NCBI RefSeq assembly: GCF_018977255.1
Contig: NW_024704743.1
Span: 2,296,001-2,360,000, forward strand
Length of the DNA stretch: 64,000 nucleotides
Reading direction: 5' to 3'
From: Callorhinchus milii
Lineage: Eukaryota
This document shows, piece after piece, positions 12,996 to 25,906 of the stretch (position 1 is its first letter; each line of letters opens with the position of its first letter). The position numbers and the translations under genes are program-made. The notes below the pieces were generated by a model that was not told the origin of the DNA, ran no database searches, and saw only the letters and a list, made by a program, of their open reading frames with translations.

Positions 12996-13444
12996 CGCTA
13001 TTGAAGACAAAAATGGCCAAACTGACTGAGGAGAGGTGAAGTTTCAGGCCAATTGATTCTAAATTCTGACAACTATTGGATCGCTTATTAAACTTGGAAC
13101 CCAAAGATTCAAAATCCTGGATCTACTTAAAGTCCAAACTTGTGTCTCTCCGCTCTTGTTAATGAGAAAGTAAGGATGGATGAAACTCTGGATATAATCG
13201 TAAGAAAGGGTTACTATGGGGCGAGTTAGAAGTGATAGCACCATTGAACAATGTGACATTCGGTATTTTAAACCTGTGACGATCGGAGTTTCATGCAATG
13301 ACCCATATTCTTCAAGGGCTATAAACAACCTATTACCCTCTAGACATTTAGTCATTTGAAGTATGACATTTCAAACAATGATGTTCTTTGATTAAATTGT
13401 GTTCATTTAAAGCCAAACTGAACAATAAGGGTAAAGTGTTTAGC

Positions 13445-13760
13445 GATCCTTGCATTAGGTGCAGCACCTTATCTCGTCGTTGAGACATCTCAAAGCACCT
13501 CACAGGATTTTGGTAAAACGTAGTGACTGTATTTGTAGGCAGTCGTGCTGGACAATTTGCACACAGCAATGTCCCCCCCACACACACACAGCCATGAACT
13601 AAATGCCCAATTTTGGGGATTGTTAGCCAGGACACCAGGATCTTTAATGTCCACCTGAATGGGCGAAACCGGGAGCCAGGTTTAACCCAAAGGACAGCAC
13701 CTCAGACAATGCTCCCCCCAACACTACAGTACAATGGAGTGACAGCCCAGACTGTGAGTT
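13445..13760 (-). mobile_element. Decayed DeuSINE
   Basis: Reverse complement of CATTGTCTGAGGTGCTGTCCTTTGG..TTAAACC...TTCAGGTGGACATTAAAGATCC plus the shared tail. Confidence 0.7.
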
Positions 13761-15092
13761 CAAAGGAAGGAAGGGCTGTTACGGAGATCTGCAAATATAT
13801 TGGAGCTTGTGGCTGTTATCACCTAAGGAAAGATTTCACACACGGCCTCGCTGATAATGTAATAATTTGCTGCTGATTGAAGCGGGTTTGGTTACCTCAT
13901 CACAGCAATGGCCTTTTTTTGTGTCCTGGGCCGCCTCCATGTAGCTTTCATTGAGGGCCAAGTGACATAAAGCACCTGTCATTGAAGACGAAAAAAATTA
14001 GTGCCAGAGAGAGAAAAAAAAACATCTGTGCGCTGTGATCAGAGTTCAATGCTGCTCATTGTTAAAACTGGTGCAGGATCAAAGTGTGTCGTTTCCTCAA
14101 AGGCTGTGAATCTTCACATCAAATGCAACCCGTTTTAACCTCAACACCCAATATTTTGATGCTCAATTGTGATATGTTTGTAATCATTTTTGATTGTCGC
14201 GTCCTCCAGTCTCTCTTAAGGAGGTGTTAAATTGTATTTAGTTAACGCACTGCACAAAACATGGGGAAAAGATTTTGCAATATTCGCTATGTTCAATGTC
14301 AGTCAAAAATGCCATTTTAATAAGGAGCACTTAAATATCTTTTGATATACACCGTGCCTATCTTTCAATCCAAGCTGCTCTTTGCAATCACAGTTGCATT
14401 GTTCAGGTCATGTTGTGGAAAGTACTTTTGACAGAACAAAATGATGAATCACCTAAGTTCAACTTGAAAAAGAGAGAGAGAGAGAGGGGGAGAGGGATAG
14501 AGACTGAGACAGATCTGATCAGTGTTTTCATCAGGAAAAAACAACATTCAATTCATTTCTCTCTTCTCTTTCATGTCTGATGCTTTTCATTGGCACAAGC
14601 AGTTTTAAAAAGTTATTCATTGCTTCTTTTCTTTCCGTGCAACTCGCAAAGCAAATATCTCGACAGCGAGTTCATAAAAGGATTTGCAATTACTTACCTC
14701 AGGTGCCCATAGTGTGGTTTGTTATGTGGAGAACCATAAAAACACAACACAATAGAGCTGGTCTTCAGCTGACAGCATAGAAACCTAGTAAATGCTTACG
14801 TTTTTATGTCTGTCTGGAGACTGTCGAATTTGTTTTAAATTTTTAAAAAATCTTCACTTTTGATATAGCGCCTTTCACCCTGTGAGGAAATCTGTGCAGT
14901 GTAACTCATGACTGTTTATTTTTTAGGTGAACAGTTACAGCGTAGGCAACTTGTTTTTCACAAACACCGGAGTAAACACTTAGTTTACTTGAAAACAAAC
15001 TAGAAATAAAAAGGAGTGGCGAGAACAGTGACTTACGGAAGAGAATTTAACAGCGGGTACTTTGTGATCAATTGTCAATTTCCTTCCGATTC

Positions 15093-15295
15093 AAAAGGCA
15101 AAATACTGCAGATGCTGGAAATTGAAATAAAACCAGAAGGGAGAAGACGCAGCAGGTCAGGCAGCATCTACGGAGAGAGGAAAATGAGTTAATGTTCTGA
15201 CGAAAGGTCATCGACCTGAAACGTTAACACATTTTCCTCTCTCCATAGATGCTGCCTGACCTGCTGCGTGTTCCCAGCCACTTCTGTTTTCGTTC
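15093..15295. mobile_element. Palindromic Penelope-derived element carrying a minimal hammerhead ribozyme core
   Basis: 50-nt inverted arms at 15147-15196 and 15220-15269 (47/50 complementary); flank AAATACTGCAGATGCTGGAAATTGAAATAAAA resembles chondrichthyan Penelope-like termini. Confidence 0.7.
15193..15229 (+). ncRNA. Minimal type I hammerhead ribozyme motif (PLE type)
   Basis: UGUU-CUGACGA-A-AGGUC(AUC)GACCU-GAAA-CG-UU^-AACA: CUGANGA and GAAA core boxes, 5-bp stem II, palindromic ACGU stem III, UH site at 15224-15225, 4-bp stem I. Confidence 0.65.
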
Positions 15296-16725
15296 CTTTT
15301 GATGCACTTTGGAATGAAACTGCCTTAGTAGTTTCCACCTTGGCTTCATGTATTGGTTTGCCAAAGGTGGGATCTATTTTTATACAAAGCAATATATTTT
15401 CAATAGGGTGTTTGCTTTGGGCTATATAAAATTGGTCACGTAGACTTCAGTGTAAATTTTGTGTGCGGAGAGGAGACATGTAATGAGAAGAAAGGAATAC
15501 ATTTTCACTTTCTGTTCTTCGAGAACGGCCTGTGAAGTGCAGAAGCGAATGACGGAGATATCAACAACATTTATTCAGTGCCTTTCTCACAAGAGAAACA
15601 TCTTGATGCACTTTACAAAATGAGATTAAGTAGAAACAAAGTTATGTAAGACAAACCCAATGGTTGATTTCCTCCAGCACTGACCGCAAAAAAAAGCACA
15701 ACGAGATGAAGAGCCAGTTTATTCAAATTATTGTGGTGAATTTGGATGAGGAGGGAATGAGTATAAGAGACACAATTAGGAGAAAGTACATTATCTGTGT
15801 TTCTTTGCAATAGGAAGAGCAGGGTTGGTCCCAAACTCTGCCTGTCCAGCACCTTGGGACGTCCTCCCGACGTGAAAGGCGCTATAGAGATGTAATCTTG
15901 TGGTGTTGGTGGTTGTTGTTGTTGTTGGGGGATTTGCCTCTTTAACATCCATCTGAATCCACCAGTTTCCAAGTGAACAACTCACCATCAGGAAGCTCTT
16001 CGACGCTGACTGGTGAGAAGAGGCTTATTATGTAAGACGGGATAATACCATCACGTGTGTTGGCATCGGCAGGTCAGCCATTCAACTAACATTGACTCAC
16101 TGGCGACGTGCTTTTAAATGTTTAAAAAAGAATCAAGACAGACTGAGTACTGCAACAAACACTTGCATTTATATAGCGCCCCTCGCACAGCGCAGTGTCC
16201 CGGAGTGTTTATTCCGGGGACGTTTGTGGCATTTCCATCTTCCAACCTGATTGTTGACACCACTCTTCTCCGCAAAAGTAATAATATTTTGACCAGACCT
16301 CACCGTTGGCAGTGTTCCTGACATCAGAAACACTCCACATCCATTAAAAATAATTATAAAGTACCTCTTGTATGAACCCTTTCCAGACGTTTTAAATTCA
16401 CCCTGTATTAAGTGAATTATTTATTGATTGATTTATAGAAGCTGCAGCTCGGATTTACTGCTCACCGATTTGCCTCCTTGTACCAGACGGAAAATTTATG
16501 GAATAAAAATCTGAGCAGGATTTATTTTGTGGCCCAGAATAATTTCAATTTGTGAGAATAATGTTTATTTCCCTATTTAGAGTCACACTGGCGTTAGCTG
16601 CTTTCAGTTGATGTTTAGCAGCGTAGCACAGGGCAAATAAAGGTGATCAATTTGTGCTTCTTTGCAGGGGGAGACATAAAAACAGAGCATCTGCAGCCTC
16701 AAGCCCACTCTGGGGTGAAGTATAC

Positions 16726-17012
16726 CTGTAGCTCAGGGGTTAGAGCACTCGCCTCGCAAGCGAGAGGACCCGGGTCAAGGGAGAGGCAGGGCGAAATGTT
16801 GGGCAAGTTTCCTCACTCCACACACACGCACGCCTCTGTTTACCAGCAGTCAGTAGGAACCCGTTAGTCGATTGGCGGATCACGTTTCCGGGGATAATAA
16901 TCCCCTTCAAAAAAAAAAATAATAATATTGGTCACTCAATCCACGGCTGTTTGTGGGGACGCTGCTGTGCGCAATTGGTTTCGCCCCCAAAATACACAGT
17001 CTGTTCACTGTG
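16726..17012 (+). mobile_element. SINE, 3'-truncated
   Basis: Head CCTGTAGCTCAGGGGTTAGAGCACTCGCCTCGCAAGCGAGAGG with internal segment. Confidence 0.85.
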
Positions 17013-17014
17013 CA

Positions 17015-17195
17015 GTGTACGTACAGTGGTGGAACAGAGGGAAGCGAGGGACGTGAAGAAGGCCAGAGCTGGTCAAGTGGAGGCAGCGGGTTGTGGGTTG
17101 AGGGGGGGCGAGCAGGTCAGAGAGAGGGAGGGAGGTGCCGGGGGGGGAAGGGATTTGAAAACGAGTGTGTGAGGATCTTGAATTTGAGGAAATAG
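17015..17195 (-). mobile_element. L2 LINE ORF2 C-terminal fragment
   Basis: Minus strand reads FKILTLVFKSL..PAPPSLSDLL. Confidence 0.7.
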
Positions 17196-17869
17196 GATAT
17201 GCTTTGCTCTTCCCAACCAAGTTATTGGAAAGATGCAATTAACAGGAGGTGATGAAGTTGGCGTTGAGGTGGAAATCTGACATCTTCACCTCAAAGTCCT
17301 CTCCTGGTGAGTACCAGTACCTGGGCACTTCTCAGTTGCGTTTGAACATCCGGAAAATATTGCACCTTTCGCTTATGAGTCAATCGCTCTGCTCAGCATG
17401 ACAGAACAAACACCGTCTCCAAATGTTTGTCCAGGTGTTAACAAGGCTGGGTGTGCCTGCAAGCCCAGTACAGCTCTCACTTCGCTCCCAGCCAACAATC
17501 CACCAAATCTATTTACCTGCACCACAAAAGTGGAGGAAATGGACAATATTTTTTGGCGAGTGCAAATACTGATCTCACTCGTTGATGTGCTGCGTTGAAC
17601 AGATTCAGAATCTAAATTTAGATTTAACACAGTTTTTTCCCATTGTTTCCGCGTGTTTTAAAAAGTAGTTCCCATCGAAGGCGGTAGAACAGCTTTGTGA
17701 AGGTTATTAAGATCTCGGTGAAGGTCATGAAAAGGGCAAAGTGAAATAGTCTTCGTCTGATATCCGCTATTAACAACTCTGGTTTAAATGAATCAATAAT
17801 AATAATAATAATAATCTTTGCCTGTGATATAGCCCCTTATCATGTCTTAGAAACTTATAGCAACGTCCT

Positions 17870-18075
17870 GAAACTCTGGAACACTCTTCCTCTAACCCTC
17901 CATCTTGCCCACTTCCTTCTCAATCTTCAGGTCGTGCCTGAAGACCTTCCTACCATCACCTCCTCTCCCCCCATCTCCTTGGCTCAGGGTCGGGGTCCTC
18001 CACTGTCAAGCGCACTGGGACGTTGCCCTGTGTGAGGGGGTGCTGTTTAAATGCAAGTCGCTGTTGTTCTTGTTG
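17870..18075 (+). mobile_element. L2 LINE 3' end
   Basis: LWNTLP...LKTFL, then tail GCGCACTGGGACG...AAATGCAAG(TTG)n. Confidence 0.75.
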
Positions 18076-18519
18076 AATTCAGACGCCACACCCTTATCTC
18101 TAGAACTTCCTCCCTCTCTCAATCTGCCTCGAAATCTATCTCTTTGACCGTGTTCACCTCTCCGTTCACCACCCGCCCCTCGCTTACTGGGGACCCACCC
18201 TATGTTTATAAAGCACTCTGTCCGTTCTTATCTAATGTGAAGGATCCAATATCAATACAAGCTGCCAGTATTGTTGAATTTAAGACATGTATTTCTTCAC
18301 CTCCTCCCAAACCAGGACAGGCTTTAAAATCGAGGACCTCTGAGAATATTAGTAATGTTCGATTCCTCTCCACAAACTTTCCCAGATCTTGTGGAGATTT
18401 GAGCGGTTGTAGTTCCTACCCTGATCAGTCACTGATTAGTAAATGAAATCTGGAAAGTAAATATATTCTTTCTGAGTTGTAGTTTAAACAGTGAGGTTCA
18501 AACCCAGTCGAAAACAGGA

Positions 18520-18695
18520 AGCGGAACTGAGTTGGAGAGGGTGCAGAGGAGATTTATTAAGATGATAGCTGAGGTGAGTGGCTTAGACTATGAACCAGAG
18601 TCGAGAGGAACTGGGAATTTTTTTTTACTGGAACAAAGTAAGGTTGAGGGGTGACCTAATCGAGATCTTATAAAATTTTAAGGGGTTCCGATAGG
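18520..18695 (+). mobile_element. CR1 ORF2 C-terminal fragment
   Basis: LERVQRRFIKMI..VSGLDYE...LE...LRGDLIE.YKIL with frameshifts. Confidence 0.8.
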
Positions 18696-19549
18696 CTTGT
18701 AGTCTAATAATGCAATAGAGACTTTGATATAAAATGTTGATCTAATCCAGAGTAAGATATACGGAAGTGGGTGTTCAAGGTATATATATATATATATATA
18801 TACAAACAGACGTATTTGGTTGTAAAAGGAGATGATCTTTTCAGAACTTTTCTTAAGTAGACTCTGTTGGAGCAGGTGGAGGGTCAATATATCAGCGTGG
18901 GAGGGGTTGGTGGAGGGTGGAGGGTGGAGGGGGTGTCTATAGAGCCTTTTAGAATTGTGGAGGAAGTGTTAGCGATGGGTGAGGGAGATTGATCCCTTGT
19001 GTCACATCGATCCCTTGTAGTAAACAGGGCCTTCTGCCAGGTTCGTAGAGAAATAATTGTGGCTATAATGATAACAGAATCTTTTATTTTGTTTTTTTGC
19101 CGAGCAGCAAGTATCCCTACCAACTTGGCCGTGTTCCCAATAGTACTTCAGTCTTCTGGGCCCTTGTTGGCTGTGACTTTTGGCTTGCTCTTCTGAGCGT
19201 CATAATTCAAGTTGCGTTGAGGCCAAATTTCCATCTGCTGTTCACATGCCTTGTATATCGGTATGTGCACAGCTTCTGCTCTTGTGCCAGTGAGGTGTTT
19301 ATTCTCTTATGTACAAAATGCACAAGGACCAATGTGTGTCTTCTGCACCAACAACGACAACAACAAAAGGAGTTCTGGTACCCATCCAAACAGGTCCTAG
19401 GAAATTAAGATATCCTTGAAGATATTTGCTGACGGTTTCCTTCCTCGTTTGTGGTCGACGACAAGATGCAAAAGCCTGAGAGGCATCCAGGAAGCATTGA
19501 TTTCGAATAGGATTCCTTAATAAAGGATTAATGTGCAGACGCCTTCTGA

Positions 19550-19919
19550 TAATAAAAATAATCCTGGCAATTGATACAGAGTCTAATCACGTCGGCGAGA
19601 TGTCTCAAAGCACTTCACAGGATATACTGTTGGTGAAACGCAACACACTGCACAGCAGCGTCCCCACATACAGCCGCGGATTGAAGCGTCTAACTCATTA
19701 TTATTGATTTTATTACCCACGGAAAAGCGATCCGCCAATCGACTAACAACCAGGTTCCTACTGACTGCTGGTAAACAGAGGCGCGTGTGTGTGTGTGTCT
19801 GTGTGTGTGTGTGTGTGGAGTGAGGAAACTTGCCCAATGTCTCGCCCTGACCTGCCCGGGAATCGAACCCGGGTCCTCTCGCCCGCGAGGCAACTGCTCT
19901 AACCACTGAGCTTCAGGAG
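19550..19919 (-). mobile_element. Full-length SINE
   Basis: Head, (CA)n tract, internal segment and tail. Confidence 0.9.
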
Positions 19920-21082
19920 TTAATATCACACGCTTTTTATTTTTTGAACTATTTGCTGACACTGGATAACCTGCTTAACTTTACTTTTTTATAGAATCTT
20001 TTTATGAAAGTATAAGTTTGATAAACTGCTTTGCAGCAGATACAGAATTATACGGAAACACATTGTAGTGTGGTTATCCTGTGTTCCCCCGCTAGATATC
20101 AATAATAATAATAATCTTTGCATTTGGTATAGCGCCTTATCACGTCTTCTAGATGTCTCAAAGCGCTTCATACACCTGAAGAATACTAATTAATTCCTTT
20201 GACATATCAAAACTAATTAAACAGTTTAAAAGTGTAATAAAATTTTGAATGTGGTTTAATGTGCTGCAACGTAACGTTCCAACTGTATAATGCATTCCCT
20301 TCAACTATTCTATTAATCAATAAAGCAGATTATGAAAGATACATAGAGGATACTTCATAAAAAAGCACAAGATACAAATTTTTATGACATGAGTGAGTTC
20401 ATTCTGCCATAAAAATCTTTTGCTCCTCTGAGAAGTACACAAGTCATTCACTATAACTCTTTTTGATATAATATGACCTTTGACGTAACATGCAATTTCT
20501 ATGGATCCCTCACTCTCAGAGAAATAATGTTTTGAAGTGACGAACAAGGCTGTAGGTGCAACTAAGGAGGTTCAACATGAGGGAGAAAGTAGTTTCAAGA
20601 TTGCCACTGGCACCCAAGGTTGGTTTGTAGGATTTAATGCCTCATTTATTATCCTGCACAATTTAGCCTTTGGGAATTCTTCAATATGTACATACCTATT
20701 CTATATATATCACCCATAAAATATACAGTTAACTCACTTTACAGTGTATCCTGTGAAGCGCTTTGAGACGTCTCAAAGACGTGATAAGGCGCTGCATCAA
20801 ATGCAAGGATTATTATTATTATAATAATTATTATTATTACTATTATTATAAGATCTTTCAACCAATCAAGCTTGCATCTGTCTAAAGACTACACAGGACA
20901 TTACCCTTGTCCTTTACCCATTACCCATTACCCATTACAGGCACAGTAATAATCATAATAATGATAATAATAATCATAATAATAATAATCCTGGCATTTG
21001 ATACAGCGTCTCATCATGTCTTCGAGACGTCTCAAAGCACTTCACAGGATACACTGTAAAGTACAGTGACTGTGTATTGTGT

Positions 21083-21187
21083 AGAAGTATAATATATTAT
21101 ATATATTATACAATATAACACATAATATAATATTTAATAATATTTATAATATATAATATAATATATAATATAATATATTATACTTCT
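21083..21187. repeat. AT-rich palindrome with 20-bp perfect inverted ends
   Basis: AGAAGTATAATATATTATAT ... ATATAATATATTATACTTCT. Confidence 0.8.
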
Positions 21188-22687
21188 CCAAGGTATAATA
21201 TTTTATCTTGCATCATGACTCCTGATTCTCAATGGTTTCAGTGATAGCCATTATGCTTTACCGTATCTATTCCAGAGACGTGAAACATGGCTGAAAGAGA
21301 CATCTATCAATCAACAGTATCTTTCAGCGTCGGGGCATTGTTTAGCTTCTGGTGCCTTTGTGCGGGACTTTGACAGATCTAAGGCACGACAGCAGATTAA
21401 ATCCTGAATTTCGTATTATTTCAAGCCATTTCAATGGAACAAAGTTGGTTTTACCTGTTCAATGTGAGGCTGAAGTCCTCCAGAAGCAGTAAGAGGCTGG
21501 CCTGAACACTGCCTGGGATCTAAGCTCGAAGAGAATTTTAAAGGGATTACGCAGGCTTTTTTGCATAAAACATGAAATAAAAAAAATACTCACGCCACAG
21601 CTAGTCCATAAACACATCCCCACAGAGATCAAGAGCCTAGTTCCCATTGCAACTGCACCGTTAATGCGGGAATAGCTGTCAAAGGGCAATTCTCCTTGTA
21701 AGGATCTTTTTTAAACAAACTCCAATTGATGATGTAATGAAGGCCGTGTATGAGGGCTGTTTTTTTGTTTGACAAATGCTCTCAACCCGTGTTGGCTTCA
21801 AATCTAATCAGACTCAATAGCTACCAAAAGCATAAATTATTTTGCGAGGCAATGCGACACAGATAAATAGGTACGATTCAGATAGCAACAGTTTGGCAAG
21901 CTGTTATACTGCCTACAATTAATTAGCTTCTACAATGCCTGCCTTTATCTTCTACTGAAATAATTTGTGCATTTTTAATTTAATTCGTTTCGCAGACCAA
22001 GAGTAAGCGTAAAATGGTGCGGTGTTGATAATCCCACGAAGAATGGTTATATTGATAATCCTTCCCTTTTGAACGGAATTGAAAAAATACTTCAACACGA
22101 AGAGTATTAAAAGGTACGCAGGGAAAAAAAAACACAGGGAATTTAGATTCAGATGTAATTACGTGCATATCATTGATGTATTCCATTCAGCCGAGGAGCG
22201 AGCATTAGTATAGTCTCGATAGGCTGAATAAGCCCCTTCTGTGATGTGCAGTGAATTCTATGACTCTATCACTCGCTCACAACACCTGCAGAGAGAGGTA
22301 ATTAAGTGGCATTTTGTAAACGATGGAAATCCACAGTCAGTCAGCGCCAGAGAAGGGGAAAAAAAAGGCAAATGTTTCAGGTGAATAGCGCAGCGTTGGT
22401 GGAGTGTCACCGAAAATGAATCTACCTTTTCTTTTTTTCTCTCTCCTTTTCCACAAAACACGCTGATCGAAAAAGGGAGATAGATGCTTCAAAAAGAGCA
22501 GCGTTAGGCGAGGGTGGGATTAGATTATGGAGGGAAATACCCGAGGACTTGGGATTAAACAGATGTTGTCGAGGGCACCTGGTGTACCCCTCAGACTGGA
22601 TTTAGATCTCCAGAACATCAAGGAGGCCTGGATTTCTACAACAGGACCTATCAGGATAAAATATTTCTAGGCACTTTACGGTGACCA

Positions 22688-23060
22688 ATAACGACAACAA
22701 ACTGCATTAACACAGCGCTTTTCGCGCCAAGATGACGTCCCAAGGCACTGGACAGTCAAGGGTTTGCACCCGAGCTGAGGGGGGGGCTGGGGTTTGGGAT
22801 CAAGAGGGGTGGAGGGCTGTAGGGTGGAGGTGGGAGGAAGTCCGTCGGCACGATCATAGAGGAAGGTCTTGAGATGGTCCTTGCAGGAGGCACGAGAGCG
22901 CGAGAGGCGAAGGAGTTCTGGGATGGTGTCGGCGGCCTAAGAGGGGAGAGAGACAGTGGCGGAGCCGGGCGATGTGGCGGAGGTGTAGGTCGGGGCCACA
23001 GATGTGGGGTTTAAAAGTCAGTTGAGGGGTTGAACGAGACGCCAAGGTTCTGTACTGGTG
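22688..23060 (-). mobile_element. L2 LINE fragments (RT-downstream piece plus 3' end)
   Basis: NLGV.F.P.L.FKPHI...HLRHIARLR motif and tail TGTCCAGTGCCTTGGGACGTC. Confidence 0.75.
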
Positions 23061-24784
23061 CTCTGCGTGTCAGTGAAACAATATCACACCAGACATGATA
23101 GAACACATAGATGCTTAGACATCTGCCAATCATGTCCCAAGAACCAGCTGTGCTGTGCAAACCTTGTGGTGCACCTGTATTTAAACTAGATTTCATTTAA
23201 GTCTAGCTTTTTGTTGTATATTGGACGCAAAGGCAAAATTATCTTTACAGAAACCTTTTAAGTTGGCATTGGAGGAAACATTCACAATAAGAAGGATTAT
23301 ATGTTTACTTTGGAATAAAACAGTACGTCGCACCTTCGAACGAGAAATAGAGCGCACCTGGTTTACCCCGACTCTAGGTTCATCAGGACCAAACTCTGCA
23401 CCCCTTTCCATAGCAATAGGGGCATCAAAGCGAGCCCTGAAAGATCAGGCACCAGGTATAAATAATCCTGGCATTTGATACAGCGCTTGATCACGTCTTC
23501 GAGACGTCTCAAAGCGCTTCACAGGATACACTGTAAAGTGAATTGATTGCATATTTTGTGGGCCAAACGCAGCAGCCGATTGAGTGACCAAACTATTATT
23601 ATTATTATTATTATTATTTTCCCCCCAAAGGGGAACATGTAGATATGAAAAAAGAGAAGTGCAAGGCTGGGGCTGTGAGGAACACCACATGTGACCACAG
23701 GGAAGCCATTGGCAGAAGTTTAGCCTTAGGAGGTTGTTGCCATTGATGTTGTGTGACATTCTAGGAAATATTATTTGCCAGTGGGGAATTTGGTGGGAAG
23801 GGTACGGCAGCGCCTCAGCAACCTGATCAAGTATTTTATGGACAAAAAAAACCAATAATAATTTGCTCACTCAACCCACGACTGTTTGTGGGGACGCCGC
23901 TGTGCGCTATTGGCTGCCGAGTTTCGCCCACCAAATATAAAGTTAACTCACTTTACAGGGTATCCTGTGAACAGCTTTGAGACGTCTCGAAGACGTGATA
24001 AGACGTTGCATCAAATGCCAGGATTATTATTGTTTTCATTTTTATGTTTCTGCAAATTATTCTAAACCAAAATGGACTAACGATGAAAGTGATCAGAAAT
24101 ATCGTAGAATGTTACTGGTATTTACCAGTGAGTTTCGGAGTTTCATTCACCAGTTGATGTGCTGGCACAATTATGTACTTTTAGCAAGCATTTATTTTTA
24201 TTTAATTCAACTTATTCAGCAAAACATGTTTCAGGAAAAAAGAAGAAAAATATCCCTTAGCACTTCAAAATCCCCTTTAAAGCTGACACTGTTGTCATTT
24301 ATGTTACCAGGTAACATGTCATAACATTGCGCATTTCATTTCCTATTGCAGGTCTGATAAAATGCTTGTATTAAAAACAAAATGATTGTGTGATGTGAGG
24401 CTGTGAAGGATTGCAACGCTGTTTAATTAATGATTAAAGGTAAGGTTTACATTCTTGTCTATTTTGGCCTGGCAGTGAAAATTCCTAAAGTAATCATAAA
24501 ATTCTTACAACTGCTTACCTTTAAGTTAATGATTAAGCTGTATCGGTGCCTGAGAAACCTGAAGAAAGGGATTAGAATGGATTATTCAGACTTTGCATGT
24601 CAATCATATATCATAGAACTAAAGTTATAGCAGCAGAAAAAACTTCCACTGACCTCCGAAATAAGATATTCCCATTTGATGACACCCATAGGATATTCAG
24701 TTCCATTATGAACTTGCCTGAAATTAACAGTGCTAGTTTCTGACTGCAGTATTAATGCCTGACTTGAGAACACAATCTGTCATA

Positions 24785-25153
24785 TAATAATAATAATAAT
24801 AATAATAATCCTCGCATTTGATATAGCGCTTTTCACGTCGGGAGGATGTCCCAAAGCGCTTCACAGAACACACTGTAAAGTGAATTGACTGTATATGTTG
24901 TGTGCGAAACGCAGCAGCCGATTGCGCACAGCAATGTCCCCACAAACAGCCGCGGGTTGAGTGACCAAATTATTATTATTTTTTGAAAGAATTATTATCC
25001 CCGGAAAAGTGATCCATCAATCGACTAACAACCGGGTGCCTACTGACTGCCGGTAAACAGAGGCGTGTGTGTGTGTGTGTGTGTGTGGAGTGAGGAAACT
25101 TGCCCAATGTTTTGCCCTGACCTGCCCGGGAATCAAACCCGGGTCCTCTCGCT
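24785..25153 (-). mobile_element. SINE (long body with L2-identical tail variant)
   Basis: Internal segment present; tail reads GCTTTGGGACATCCTCCCGACGTGAAAAGCGC. Confidence 0.88.
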
Positions 25154-25552
25154 TCACATCCAGTACTGCACTGAAATATTAGCCTTGACTGTGAACTAAA
25201 GTCTTGATATGGCGGTCTTTGGGGGGTAAAAGTCTATAATGATTTAGATTTTCCTATCGGGGGCAACAGTGCTTTTTCTGAGAATAATTTAGCGCAACAC
25301 TGCTGAATGCTCAGGGTACTGATTGAATGGAATTCTCCCCTTTGTAGTGCAGTGATAATGCCATCAATGTTCCATATCAGCAGCTAATGAAAACAAAACC
25401 TAAACATTTCATTAATAAGTTCAACTAACCCGCGTTACCCAATTGACTTCTTTGAACAGGGTCATGGGAATACTGCTGAGTGCGGAAAATGCCACTTCAG
25501 CAAGAAGCAAAGTAAGTACAGAGTAAGGAATCACACGAAAAATATAATAAGA

Positions 25553-25906
25553 GTAATAATAATCCTTGCATTTGATGCAGCGTTTTATCACGTCTTCGAG
25601 ACGTCTCCAAGCGAATCGACTGTATATTTTGTGGCCGAAACACGGCAGCCAATTGCGCACAGCAGTGTCCCCACAAACAGCCGTGAAATTTAGTGAACAA
25701 ACTATTATTCTTATCATTTCAAAAAAAATTTAGAAGGGATTATTACCCCTGGAAAAGTGATCCGCTAATCGACTGTGCTGGTAAACAGAGGCGTGCGTTT
25801 GGATTAAGTAAGGAAACTTGCCCAACGTTTCGTCCTGACCTGCCAGGGAATTGAACCCAGATCCTCTCGCTTGCGAGGCGAGTGCTCTAACCACTGAGCT
25901 ACAGGC
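25553..25906 (-). mobile_element. Full-length SINE
   Basis: Head, body and tail all present. Confidence 0.88.

Noticed and set aside
14698..14784. Minus-strand 87-nt exon ending in GAG|GTAAGT (also 17517-17611 minus, 4380-4438 plus, 53262-53310 plus)
   Set aside because: Peptides are unrecognisable and one splice site is weak in each; AGGTAAG-type motifs occur at similar, chance-level frequency on both strands here
18700..19200. Possible additional retroelement ORF on the minus strand
   Set aside because: No diagnostic RT, endonuclease or GIY-YIG motif could be recognised
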